Made by a program: the position numbers and the translations under genes. A stretch of 64,000 bases of DNA from Thermoproteota archaeon (GTDB taxonomy: Archaea; Thermoproteota; Nitrososphaeria_A; Caldarchaeales; Calditenuaceae), in contig JAUQPZ010000001.1 in the NCBI GenBank assembly GCA_030550155.1, positions 974-64,973 of the forward strand, written 5' to 3'. Positions 45,105 to 53,023 of the stretch are shown in pieces (within the stretch, counting starts at the first letter, position 1; every line of letters starts with the position of its first letter). Below the pieces are notes generated by a model, which did no database searches, was not told where the DNA came from, and was given only the letters and a program-made list of their open reading frames with translations.

Positions 45105-45640
45105 GAGCCGCTAGGATGTTTCTCGATTATCATCTCTAAAAGCGTCCTCAGCACATTCCATGCACTTTCATGACTTTTTGCGACGCTGGGCACTATCACG
45201 ACGTCCCTCCCCAAATTCATGGCGAACCTTATATCCTCGGCTGAGAGGGCATCCTCGATATCCTGCTTGTTAGCCGCTATAACGTAAGGCGTGTCAGGAT
45301 AGGTTCGTCGGAACTCCCAGAGGACCTCCTGCGCCTCCAGTATCGATGACTCGTCAGCTGAATCCACCATCATTATGTAACCATGCATCCCCTTCGCCAA
45401 GATATGCCATACGAAAGAGAATCTTTTTTGACCCGGAGTTCCAAAAAGCCTCACATAATATCCGTCACCTAAATCAACAACTCCGAAGTCCATGCCGACA
45501 GTGGTTGTGGTTTTTTTGGTCCGCTCCTCCGTTCTTGTTATCTCACGCTCAGTCGTCATACTTAGCTCACATAGGGTCTTGACCAAAGTTGTCTTGCCTG
45601 AGTTGAACGGGCCGGTCACAATGACCTTATAGCTCTTCAA
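45101..45640 (-). CDS. small P-loop GTPase (COG2229/MglA-Rag-Arf-like)
   Basis: 179 aa. G1 GPFNSGKT, G3 FGTPGQ and G4 ANKQD. Overlaps the upstream Roadblock gene by 14 nt. Confidence 0.8.
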   Translation of the reverse strand: MKSYKVIVTGPFNSGKTTLVKTLCELSMTTEREITRTEERTKKTTTTVGMDFGVVDLGDGYYVRLFGTPGQKRFSFVWHILAKGMHGYIMMVDSADESSILEAQEVLWEFRRTYPDTPYVIAANKQDIEDALSAEDIRFAMNLGRDVVIVPSVAKSHESAWNVLRTLLEMIIEKHPSGS

Positions 45641-46013
45641 CCCTACCCTCCTCTTTAAAGTAGAGGTCTAGAAGCAAGTTCACAAATCCCAAGTTTGGAT
45701 GAAGCTTAGTTATCAGCGCCACAACATCTCCTCTGTGCTGAAAAATGAAGAGGTATCTATGGCTTGCTAATTCAACGACTACGCGCTTATAGTCACCAAT
45801 CTGCATTACCTCTAGGATGGATGATACAACACCAGAGATAGCGGATATCGCGGCCGCGAGGTACTCTGGTCCTACCGATGAGGCGTTGACGTGAGCGACA
45901 GGGGTGCCGTCAGGCTTTGCGACGAGAGCTACTTCTATGGCTCCCCTGCTAACTTTTATTACCTCCTCGAGAAGTGATTGGAGCTCTGGCGAAACTGTCT
46001 CGAGATCCCGCAA
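45627..46013 (-). CDS. Roadblock/LC7 (MglB-like) domain protein
   Basis: 128 aa. VALVAKPDGTPVAHV..AAAISAISGVVSSILEVMQIG..LFIFQHRGDVVALIT fits the Roadblock/LC7 alpha-beta-alpha pattern. Confidence 0.75.
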   Translation of the reverse strand: MRDLETVSPELQSLLEEVIKVSRGAIEVALVAKPDGTPVAHVNASSVGPEYLAAAISAISGVVSSILEVMQIGDYKRVVVELASHRYLFIFQHRGDVVALITKLHPNLGFVNLLLDLYFKEEGRVEEL

Positions 46014-46019
46014 ACATTC

Positions 46020-46628
46020 TCAGCCCCCACCTAGCAGGTTGCCAAGGATTCTCTTAACGCTCTGCCTTAATAGTTCAAAATCTACACCCTCACGTCCTTG
46101 CGGGACCCTAGCATAGAAGTAAGTCCGCCTGCCCGCAATCTCTACTGTAGGCATTATGACTTCTAGGTCGCCGTCCTGTATCTGGAGGCTGCTCACTGAG
46201 CTTCTGGCAAGCTGAAGTGAGCTCATGATCTCTGTGAGGAGGGCTGCTTCCCGATTTGCATCCATGTCGCCCTCATACTCTATCACTTGTCCGCTCTCGT
46301 CGAAGATCAGCGCAGCCTTAAGATTCTCACCAGCAAGTAGGGACGATATTGTATCGTATGGTTCCTTTCTCATTTCTTTGGATGGTTCAGGTTTAGGTGC
46401 CTGTACACCCTCCTCAGGGGGGCTCTGTTTTGCGGGAGGCTCTCTCGAGACCTCGGCGGTCTGAATAGCCATCTGCATCAACGCGTCTCTTACATTGGTA
46501 TAGGCTGTGAGCGTCAGCCTGTAGACCCGGAGGGAGAGCGTCACCATGTAGATGGCAAGTATTGACGCTATAAGGGCTGCTAGTGAGCCGCTTATAACCA
46601 GTGCGTCTATAAGCGGTGAGGCGTCCAT
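46020..46628 (-). CDS. membrane-anchored Roadblock/LC7-like protein
   Basis: 202 aa. One TM helix (LVISGSLAALIASILAIYMVTL), a Pro/Glu/Lys linker (EPPAKQSPPEEGVQAPKPEPSKE), then LKAALIFDESGQVIEYEGD..AALLTEIMSSLQLA resembling Roadblock. Confidence 0.65.
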   Translation of the reverse strand: MDASPLIDALVISGSLAALIASILAIYMVTLSLRVYRLTLTAYTNVRDALMQMAIQTAEVSREPPAKQSPPEEGVQAPKPEPSKEMRKEPYDTISSLLAGENLKAALIFDESGQVIEYEGDMDANREAALLTEIMSSLQLARSSVSSLQIQDGDLEVIMPTVEIAGRRTYFYARVPQGREGVDFELLRQSVKRILGNLLGGG

Positions 46629-46706
46629 ACCAGACCCGTCAGTTTCATGGTTCTTCTTGATGTATAAATGTTGCCGAACCTGAGCGACATGGACTCCGAA
46701 TAGAGT

Positions 46707-47084
46707 TTAAACGGTATGCGCGCTAGTTCGTGATGTGATGTAGCGATCAGCGCCACCACCTCGGACAAGAATAGGGCCCAGCTCTCCGCTGCTGTGGATT
46801 CCACCGCCATTCTCCACTCTGAGCTGGAACTTAGTTACGATCTTCTGAGGGAGAAGAATTGACATATAACATACCTTGCAGATATTCTTTGTTGGGTGCT
46901 CGGCTCGGCATTCTCTACAGATTAGTCTTCTGCACACCTCGCAGCGATAAGGTGCGAACCTGTTTTTATGAACCCAGCACCTATAAACCTCTGTTTTTTT
47001 GCCCAGCTCTATACGGTGGCCGCAGAACGGGCAATATAAGGCACCCTCTATTTGGGGTGCCATGCAGATGGGGCATCGATTCAT
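46707..47084 (-). CDS. multi-zinc-finger protein (zinc ribbon plus B-box-like cross-brace finger)
   Basis: 125-aa ORF. CPIC..CPFC, then CWVH-x8-CEVC-x4-CREC-x3-H-x5-CKVC. The last ~40 residues (VENGGGIHSSGELGPILVRGGGADR) look non-native, so the true C-terminus is uncertain. Confidence 0.6.
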   Translation of the reverse strand: MNRCPICMAPQIEGALYCPFCGHRIELGKKTEVYRCWVHKNRFAPYRCEVCRRLICRECRAEHPTKNICKVCYMSILLPQKIVTKFQLRVENGGGIHSSGELGPILVRGGGADRYITSRTSAHTV

Positions 47085-47181
47085 TCTGGGGTCATCCAGC
47101 TACTCGAGGATATAAGGCGTCTGCTCCCGCACCTTTAAGGGCTCTCAACATAATACCTAGGTATTTCGGGCATATTGTATC

Positions 47182-48309
47182 TTACTTCCGCGGAGTGATT
47201 CTTAGCACCTTGTCATCTCCGGGACGTACTGAGCCCCTTCCATCCCTGTTGCTGGTGAGCAGATACAAGAGGCCATCTGGGCCCTGCACCACATTTCTAA
47301 GACGACCAAAGGTTCCCACAAAGAGTTTCTCCGCGGACTCTACGTTTGAGCCATCCCGACTAAGGGCGACGCGGTGTAGATGTTCACCACGAAGCGCTCC
47401 GAAGAATAGGCTCCCATCCCAGTCGGGGAAGTCTTCGCCATAGTAGAATGTGCATCCCGATGGTGCCCAGGTCTCGCTCCCACTGTGGTAGACGGGGTCG
47501 ATCATTCCGCTCATCCCTCTTTTCCCGACTACTAGAGGCCATCCATAGTTCCCTCCTGCAACTATTCTGTTCAACTCGTCGTTTGCCACCAGCCCTCCTT
47601 CTCCTGATGGGCCATGTTCAGTTGCGTAGGTGCTGCCATCAGAGCGCCAGCAGATACCCTGTGGGTTTCTATGGCCATAGCTGTATATGGGTGAGGAGGG
47701 GAAAGGGTTGTCGTGTGGAATTGTCCCGTCAGTGTTAACACGGAGAATTTTACCTGCAAGGGAATTCAAGTCTTGTGAGAGCGGGGGAATAGATGCGTCG
47801 CCTGTGGTCACGTATAATTTGCCATCAGGCCCTATCTTTACTCTTCCTCCATCGTGTATGGATGCTCCCGGTATTTCGTCCAGTAGCACCTCCCCGTCCT
47901 TCACTTCGAGAGAGTCCCACATATGGACGCGGTTGAAAAGCTTAGAGCCACTTCTGTACGTATAATAGGTTATTATCTTTGAGCTCTCTTCGAGGTAGGC
48001 TAAGCCTAGAAGGCCACCCTCCCCCACATGAGCTACCTCAATCTCTCCCACCACAGTGCTCCGCCTACTCGAGATGTTTAACAGTCTCAACTGGCCCGGC
48101 CTCTCAGTCACAAGAGCTTCCTCGCCGCTGATGAAGCAGATCTCCCAGGGGATGGTAAGCCCGTCATGCACCACCTCAACCGTATAGCCTGCTGACTGGC
48201 CAACAGTGGCTACATCTCTCCTGGGACTTGAGAGCATGAAGTATAGCGTTGAGAGCCCTGCAACACCAACTGCGGCTGCTATAGCTGACAGGACTGCTCT
48301 ACGCTTCAT
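47182..48309 (-). CDS. PQQ-dependent soluble sugar (glucose/sorbosone) dehydrogenase family protein with N-terminal signal/TM
   Basis: 375 aa. N-terminal AVLSAIAAAVGVAGL. GGLLGLAY, HDGGRVKIGPDGKLYVTTGD, YSYGHRNPQGICW and NELNRIVAGGNYGWP are beta-propeller sGDH motifs. Confidence 0.85.
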   Translation of the reverse strand: MKRRAVLSAIAAAVGVAGLSTLYFMLSSPRRDVATVGQSAGYTVEVVHDGLTIPWEICFISGEEALVTERPGQLRLLNISSRRSTVVGEIEVAHVGEGGLLGLAYLEESSKIITYYTYRSGSKLFNRVHMWDSLEVKDGEVLLDEIPGASIHDGGRVKIGPDGKLYVTTGDASIPPLSQDLNSLAGKILRVNTDGTIPHDNPFPSSPIYSYGHRNPQGICWRSDGSTYATEHGPSGEGGLVANDELNRIVAGGNYGWPLVVGKRGMSGMIDPVYHSGSETWAPSGCTFYYGEDFPDWDGSLFFGALRGEHLHRVALSRDGSNVESAEKLFVGTFGRLRNVVQGPDGLLYLLTSNRDGRGSVRPGDDKVLRITPRK

Positions 48310-48349
48310 GATGAATCCCCATGGCTTCTCTAAGGATCACCAGCCTAAG

Positions 48350-48361
48350 ACTTATATATGT
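48350..48361 (+). promoter_or_regulatory. TATA-like box (cttatatatg) for the EVE-like gene
   Basis: Core ttatatat (48352-48359) is centred about 28 nt upstream of ATG 48383. Confidence 0.5.
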
Positions 48362-48382
48362 TTCAAAAATTTATGCCTTGAG

Positions 48383-48859
48383 ATGTATTGGTTAATGGTT
48401 GTAAAAGATCACAAGACGGGGGCGCGAAACTTGATACCGGCTATGCAGGTTCTTTTAAACCGGGTTAAGCATGGTTTCTGGCTTTTGTCCGCTAAGAACC
48501 CGTATCGCAAGAAGGTCGCGGCGGGGGACTATGGGTTGTTCTATGTAGGGAGCAGGGAGGGGCGTTTCATTGCAGGTGAGTGTCAGATTAACTCGGCTGC
48601 GCAGTTGCTGACACCGCAGATAAAGACGCTCATAGAGGGGTTTCCTTCAACGCTTTTGACACACTACATCGAGATTAAGGGAGTCTTGTGGGCTAATCCC
48701 CTAAACGCTGAAGAGGTTATTCCAAATCTTAGCTTCGTAAAAAATAAGGACAGATGGTTCGCCTATCTGCAGGGGTCGCTACACCCCATATCGAAGGAGG
48801 ACTATGGTCTCGTCTTAAACTATTACAACAAGATGCAGTCGGACTACATCAGGAGATAG
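48383..48859 (+). CDS. EVE/PUA-like (ASCH superfamily) domain protein
   Basis: The ORF track starts at 48206 inside the convergent dehydrogenase gene. I prefer ATG 48383. MYWLMVVK.., VAAGDYGLFYVGSREGRFIAGECQI and GSLHPISKEDYGLVL follow the EVE pattern (GD.v.fY..., gs..pIs.e.f). Confidence 0.6.
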   Translation: MYWLMVVKDHKTGARNLIPAMQVLLNRVKHGFWLLSAKNPYRKKVAAGDYGLFYVGSREGRFIAGECQINSAAQLLTPQIKTLIEGFPSTLLTHYIEIKGVLWANPLNAEEVIPNLSFVKNKDRWFAYLQGSLHPISKEDYGLVLNYYNKMQSDYIRR

Positions 48860-49605
48860 GGCCTTACATAGGCGTCATAGAGCGGCGCTTTCTCCTCGAC
48901 GGTGAGCTCCTTATACATCGGCGTAGGTAGTATGTAGGCTACGTCTATACTGTCTCCAGATCCTATATCCCTCCTGATCGCTGCCGCCACTGCCTTGAAC
49001 GCCAGCCTTACCGCCTCATCAAGACTGAGGTCCTCCCTATACTCTGCCTCCAAAACACCTAGAGCGACAGGTGACCCAGAGCCCGATACCACCATTCTCT
49101 CCTTAGTAAATCCGCCCAGCGGGTCGACGCTGAAAATGTGAGGACCTTCTTCATCTACACCTCCTAGCAGTATTTGAGCCTGATAAGGTAGCCACCTGTA
49201 GCTGAACATTAGGTTTGCTAAGAGGCTCGTGAGCATCCTGATTCCTATTCTTCTGCCATGCGTGATCTCGAAGTGTCTTGCGTTAGCCTTCATGAGGTCG
49301 ATGAGGCTTTGGGCGTCCGCGACCCGCCCAGCTATTGTTAGCGCAGCATGGTCTGCTATTTTATGGACCTTTTTTGTTTTTCTATGGGCGACGAAAAATC
49401 CGGCTGTCGCTCTAGTGTCTGTGGCGAATACCACTATATCGCCTGCTGTGAAGCCTATCGTTGTCGTTCCTGTAGATAAAATACCTGATCCCCGCATACT
49501 CGTGAATCCCTGTAATCCCATCCCTAGTCTTCGGGAATTACTATGTAGAGCCATGCTATTTACCTTCTCTAACATTTTACCGATGTTGTGGATGGAAAGT
49601 CGCAA
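48844..49605 (-). CDS. psmB: proteasome subunit beta (with propeptide)
   Basis: 253 aa. Processing site and active-site Thr in GILSTG/TTTIGFTAGDIVVFATDTRAT. Start codon choice within the propeptide is uncertain. Confidence 0.9.
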   Translation of the reverse strand: MRLSIHNIGKMLEKVNSMALHSNSRRLGMGLQGFTSMRGSGILSTGTTTIGFTAGDIVVFATDTRATAGFFVAHRKTKKVHKIADHAALTIAGRVADAQSLIDLMKANARHFEITHGRRIGIRMLTSLLANLMFSYRWLPYQAQILLGGVDEEGPHIFSVDPLGGFTKERMVVSGSGSPVALGVLEAEYREDLSLDEAVRLAFKAVAAAIRRDIGSGDSIDVAYILPTPMYKELTVEEKAPLYDAYVRPYLLM

Positions 49606-49669
49606 GAGGGGCTCTAGGGCCCGCTTATTTCTCGTCCTATGCGGTTAGGCCGATGCAACCTCTGCCACT

Positions 49670-50059
49670 TCAGTGCTTCTTAATGGGGGGTCTAAACTTG
49701 TAGCCATAGATGATTAAACCAGATTCGCCATCCTGCGTGAGTTTGCGGACAACCCGCTCCAACTCCATGCTAGGCTTGAGTTCCTCGTAGTCACAGTCAG
49801 TTATGCCGGCGAGCAATCTTGTACCATCCTCAAACTCTACTATGCCGACAACATAAGGTGCTTGGCTTTCAAAACCTGCGGGCGGATTTTTCACCGCCGT
49901 GAACGTTACTAGCTTTGCGCGGCTTGGTAAAAGTTCTTCGGCAATTCTATTAGACCGACACCTCCTGCAGATGCTTGTCTCGTAGTGGTGGAATGCGCCA
50001 CAGTTGAGGCATCTCCACACGACTAACCTGTATCTGAAGCGCTTGTGCCTCCAAGCCAC
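49670..50059 (-). CDS. DUF35 OB-fold/zinc-ribbon protein (scaffold of the archaeal thiolase/HMG-CoA synthase complex)
   Basis: 129 aa. CLNCGAFHHYETSICRRC rubredoxin-like ribbon plus OB-fold (YVVGIVEFEDGTRLLAGI). Last gene of the HMGCS-thiolase-DUF35 operon. Confidence 0.85.
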   Translation of the reverse strand: MAWRHKRFRYRLVVWRCLNCGAFHHYETSICRRCRSNRIAEELLPSRAKLVTFTAVKNPPAGFESQAPYVVGIVEFEDGTRLLAGITDCDYEELKPSMELERVVRKLTQDGESGLIIYGYKFRPPIKKH

Positions 50060-50086
50060 AGGAGGCCTAAATATCGCGCCCAGGGC

Positions 50087-51241
50087 TCACGCCCCCCTCA
50101 TCACAAAGGCGTAGGCCGCGCTGCCGAGCCCAGCCAAATTTATCATGGCCCCTGTCTGAGCGCCGTCTACTTGGCAAGAGCCAGCTAGCCGGGTCAGCTG
50201 CATATAGATCTCCGCCGCCTGGTAAACTCCGGTGGCGCCGATTGGGTGCCCGCGGGCCTTTAATCCACCGAAAGTGTTAATCACGGGTTTCCCTCCTTGA
50301 CTATACATGCCATTTTTTGCGTCCAGGCCGCTCTTCCCCGGTTCTGAGTATCCGATTGATTCTAGAATGAGGTTTGCCAAGATAGAATACGAGTCATGAA
50401 TCTCCAGGACCTTTATCTCGTTTCTGCTAACCCCTGCTCTTGCGAGCGCCTCCTCAAATGCCCGTGAAGCGGCGCTGACCTTAAGTGGGTCCTCTCTGTC
50501 GAAGGGGAATACTATGTCTGTTGATGTGGCGCAGCCTGCTATCTCGACTATCTGGTCGTGCTGTATTGTTGGGAGGAAGTCTTGGCTGCAGAGTAAAACC
50601 GCGGCCGCGCCGTCGGCGGGAGCTGTTGTCTCGAGCCTCCTGAGCGGTGGGGAGATAACTGGGGATGAGAGGACATTCTCCAAAGTTGTCTTAAACTGGT
50701 ATTGGGCGTGTGGCGCCTTGGCTGCGTTTTCATGCATTATTACCGGGAATTGTGCGACCATCTCTTGTGGCAGCTCGTATTTCTCGAGGTAGACCTTATA
50801 CATCATAGCCGCGATTGAGGACTCCGTGACTCCTTGATAGCCGACATAGTCGTATCTCTCAGAGAGGGATGAGAGAAACATCGCCTCCTCTGGACTAGCA
50901 TCGCTCATCTTTTCGACGCCAACCACCAAGACTATGTCTGAGATGCCCGAGAGTATTGACTGGTATCCAGTATAGAGGGCCGCCGCACCAGAGGCATCTC
51001 CGGCCTCTACCCTTAATGCAGGAACACCCGATAGCCCGAGGTCTTCAGCCACGATGGCCCCGAGGTTGCCCTGATTCTGTAGAGTCTCTGCGAGCGCGCT
51101 GGCAACGAAGATTCCGTCAATTTTTCGGAGCCTAACGTCTGTCAGGTCTGCAACCACCTTTGTCACTAGGGCGTCAACTGATTGACTCCAGTGTTCTTCA
51201 ACCTTGGATACACTGACACCGGCGATAAACACTTTTCTCAT
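50087..51241 (-). CDS. acetyl-CoA acetyltransferase (archaeal thiolase)
   Basis: 384 aa with a thiolase fold. VEAGDASGAAAL, VLEIHDSYSI and GGLKARGHPIGATGVYQ. Confidence 0.9.
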   Translation of the reverse strand: MRKVFIAGVSVSKVEEHWSQSVDALVTKVVADLTDVRLRKIDGIFVASALAETLQNQGNLGAIVAEDLGLSGVPALRVEAGDASGAAALYTGYQSILSGISDIVLVVGVEKMSDASPEEAMFLSSLSERYDYVGYQGVTESSIAAMMYKVYLEKYELPQEMVAQFPVIMHENAAKAPHAQYQFKTTLENVLSSPVISPPLRRLETTAPADGAAAVLLCSQDFLPTIQHDQIVEIAGCATSTDIVFPFDREDPLKVSAASRAFEEALARAGVSRNEIKVLEIHDSYSILANLILESIGYSEPGKSGLDAKNGMYSQGGKPVINTFGGLKARGHPIGATGVYQAAEIYMQLTRLAGSCQVDGAQTGAMINLAGLGSAAYAFVMRGA

Positions 51242-51244
51242 GCT

Positions 51245-52297
51245 CTACCCCCTAATCTTATTACGTGCCCTCAGATACAGCGAGTAGTCGACATACCTCT
51301 TCCTCTCGATAAAGTCTGTGACAAGCGGAGCCTTAGCCCGTTTCTCTGAGATACCATCTCCCGCCCTGATGACGAAGACATCGCTCCCAGCCCCTGAGCC
51401 GTAAGAGGCCATGAGAATTCTCTCACCCGGCTTGGCCTGGTCCAGAACCTTGGCTACCCCTAACATAGATGAGGCGGCGTAGGTGTTTCCGACCAAGTTG
51501 CAGACAACTCCTGGTTCAACTTTCTTGGGAGGAATTCCCAGCATTTTGGCCACCGCGAATGGAAACTTGGTGTTTGGCTGGTGGAAGACCGCGTAGTCAA
51601 AGTCATTTAAAGAGTATCCCTCGTCCAGAACCATCTTTACAGAGGAGACTATGTGGTGGAAGTAGGCAGGCGCTCCCGTAAACCTTGACGCATGCATTGG
51701 GTATCTCTCGTAGCTTCTTCTCCAGAAGTCTGGAGTATCTGAGACATAGCTCGAAGCAAACTCTATCTCTGCGACGACGCTGTCGCTTGTCCTACCTATC
51801 GTGAATGCAGCTCCCCCCGCCGCGGCCGTATATTCCAGGGCGTCCCCCGGCCTTCCCTGGGCGGTGTCAGCGCCTATCGCGAGGCCGAACTCTATTATTC
51901 CAGAGGCTACAAGTCCCATTACTAGCTGCATCGCCTCCGTCCCGGCCTTACAGGCAAATTCGAGGTCGGCGCTGAGGAGCCTGCTGTTGACGCCTATTGC
52001 TTCGGCCACTATTGTGCCTGTTGGCTTCACCGCGTAGGGGTGAGACTCGGAGCCCACGTATACCGCGCCTATTTTCTGGGGAGAGATCCCAGCTCTAGCT
52101 ATGGCGTATGATGCTGCTTCGATCGCCATAGTGACTGTGTCCTCATCGAGATTGTTGACGGACTTCTCGATTACTGGAAGCTCGGAATCGGAGCCACCCC
52201 ACATTCTTGAGATTTCGGATGCCTTTATCCGCATCATCGGGATGTATACTCCGTAGCCATGAATGGCGATACCTGATAACCGCGGCAACCCTCTCAC
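51245..52297 (-). CDS. hydroxymethylglutaryl-CoA synthase (archaeal type)
   Basis: 350 aa. GIAIHGYGVYIP, LEFACKAGTEAM (catalytic Cys), YAVFHQPN and GNTYAASS. Confidence 0.9.
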   Translation of the reverse strand: MRGLPRLSGIAIHGYGVYIPMMRIKASEISRMWGGSDSELPVIEKSVNNLDEDTVTMAIEAASYAIARAGISPQKIGAVYVGSESHPYAVKPTGTIVAEAIGVNSRLLSADLEFACKAGTEAMQLVMGLVASGIIEFGLAIGADTAQGRPGDALEYTAAAGGAAFTIGRTSDSVVAEIEFASSYVSDTPDFWRRSYERYPMHASRFTGAPAYFHHIVSSVKMVLDEGYSLNDFDYAVFHQPNTKFPFAVAKMLGIPPKKVEPGVVCNLVGNTYAASSMLGVAKVLDQAKPGERILMASYGSGAGSDVFVIRAGDGISEKRAKAPLVTDFIERKRYVDYSLYLRARNKIRG

Positions 52298-52430
52298 CTT
52301 CTGAGCTCGCCCCTATAAAAGTGTTGAAACACGTGCTCTACAATAGTCGATTAACCCAACACATTCTTGCACCAAATCTCCAACATCGTGATGGACAGAC
52401 TGCCCCAGTATCTGGATTCTTAGACGATTA

Positions 52431-52442
52431 ATCTTATATATC
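52431..52442 (+). promoter_or_regulatory. TATA-like box (atcttatatatc) for the Lrp/AsnC gene
   Basis: Centred about 28 nt upstream of ATG 52465. Confidence 0.5.
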
Positions 52443-52464
52443 CTTATGTCATATAGACATCGAC

Positions 52465-52920
52465 ATGGTTGAGGCGTCGTTAGATGCCAAAGATTTAGAA
52501 ATTATCAAGGCCCTCATGAAGGATGCAAAGAAGAGCTTCACAGAGCTTAGTAGCGAGCTTGGTATTCCGAGGACTACGCTTCAGGAAAGATTTAGGAGGA
52601 TTACGGCTCGCGGGGTCATTAAGAAGATTGCGGCGATACCTGACTACTCCAAACTGGGCTTTCCCGCCACTGCATTCCTTCTTGTCTCTTTCTCGCCCGT
52701 CATGGACATATCCCAGAGGGATCTGGCGGCCATGATAGCCCAGATGGAGCATGTTTACGAGGTTCACCTCATCAGCGGTCAGTGGGATATGCTCATAAAA
52801 GTGAGGGCCCCGTCTACAGAGGACGTGGGGAGACTTGTTATCGACAATATCAGGAGCATAAAAAACGTGGCTAAGACAGAGACATGCTTCGTTTTTCACA
52901 CAGCCAAGGAAATACCTTAA
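52465..52920 (+). CDS. Lrp/AsnC-family transcriptional regulator
   Basis: 151 aa. LDAKDLEIIKALMKDAKKSFTELSSELGIPRTTLQERFRRI HTH plus a RAM domain (VYEVHLISGQWDMLIKV). Confidence 0.9.
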   Translation: MVEASLDAKDLEIIKALMKDAKKSFTELSSELGIPRTTLQERFRRITARGVIKKIAAIPDYSKLGFPATAFLLVSFSPVMDISQRDLAAMIAQMEHVYEVHLISGQWDMLIKVRAPSTEDVGRLVIDNIRSIKNVAKTETCFVFHTAKEIP

Positions 52921-53023
52921 CGAATTCCCACGTATTTTTGGAGTATTTACCTTATCCCCATTCGTCGCGGCGTCTATCGAAACCTCTTAAAAACAACCTG
53001 AAGAATTATACACGCCCCGAGGC

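Noticed and set aside
46859-47443. 194-aa plus-strand ORF spanning the zinc-finger gene and the end of the PQQ dehydrogenase gene
   Set aside because: It crosses an intergenic spacer and two well-supported minus-strand genes. The translation is Arg/Pro/Ser-rich with no motifs.
48206-48382. N-terminal extension of the EVE-like ORF
   Set aside because: It overlaps the 5' end of the opposite-strand (divergently transcribed) dehydrogenase gene by about 100 nt. A TATA-like box at 48352-48359 fits ATG 48383.
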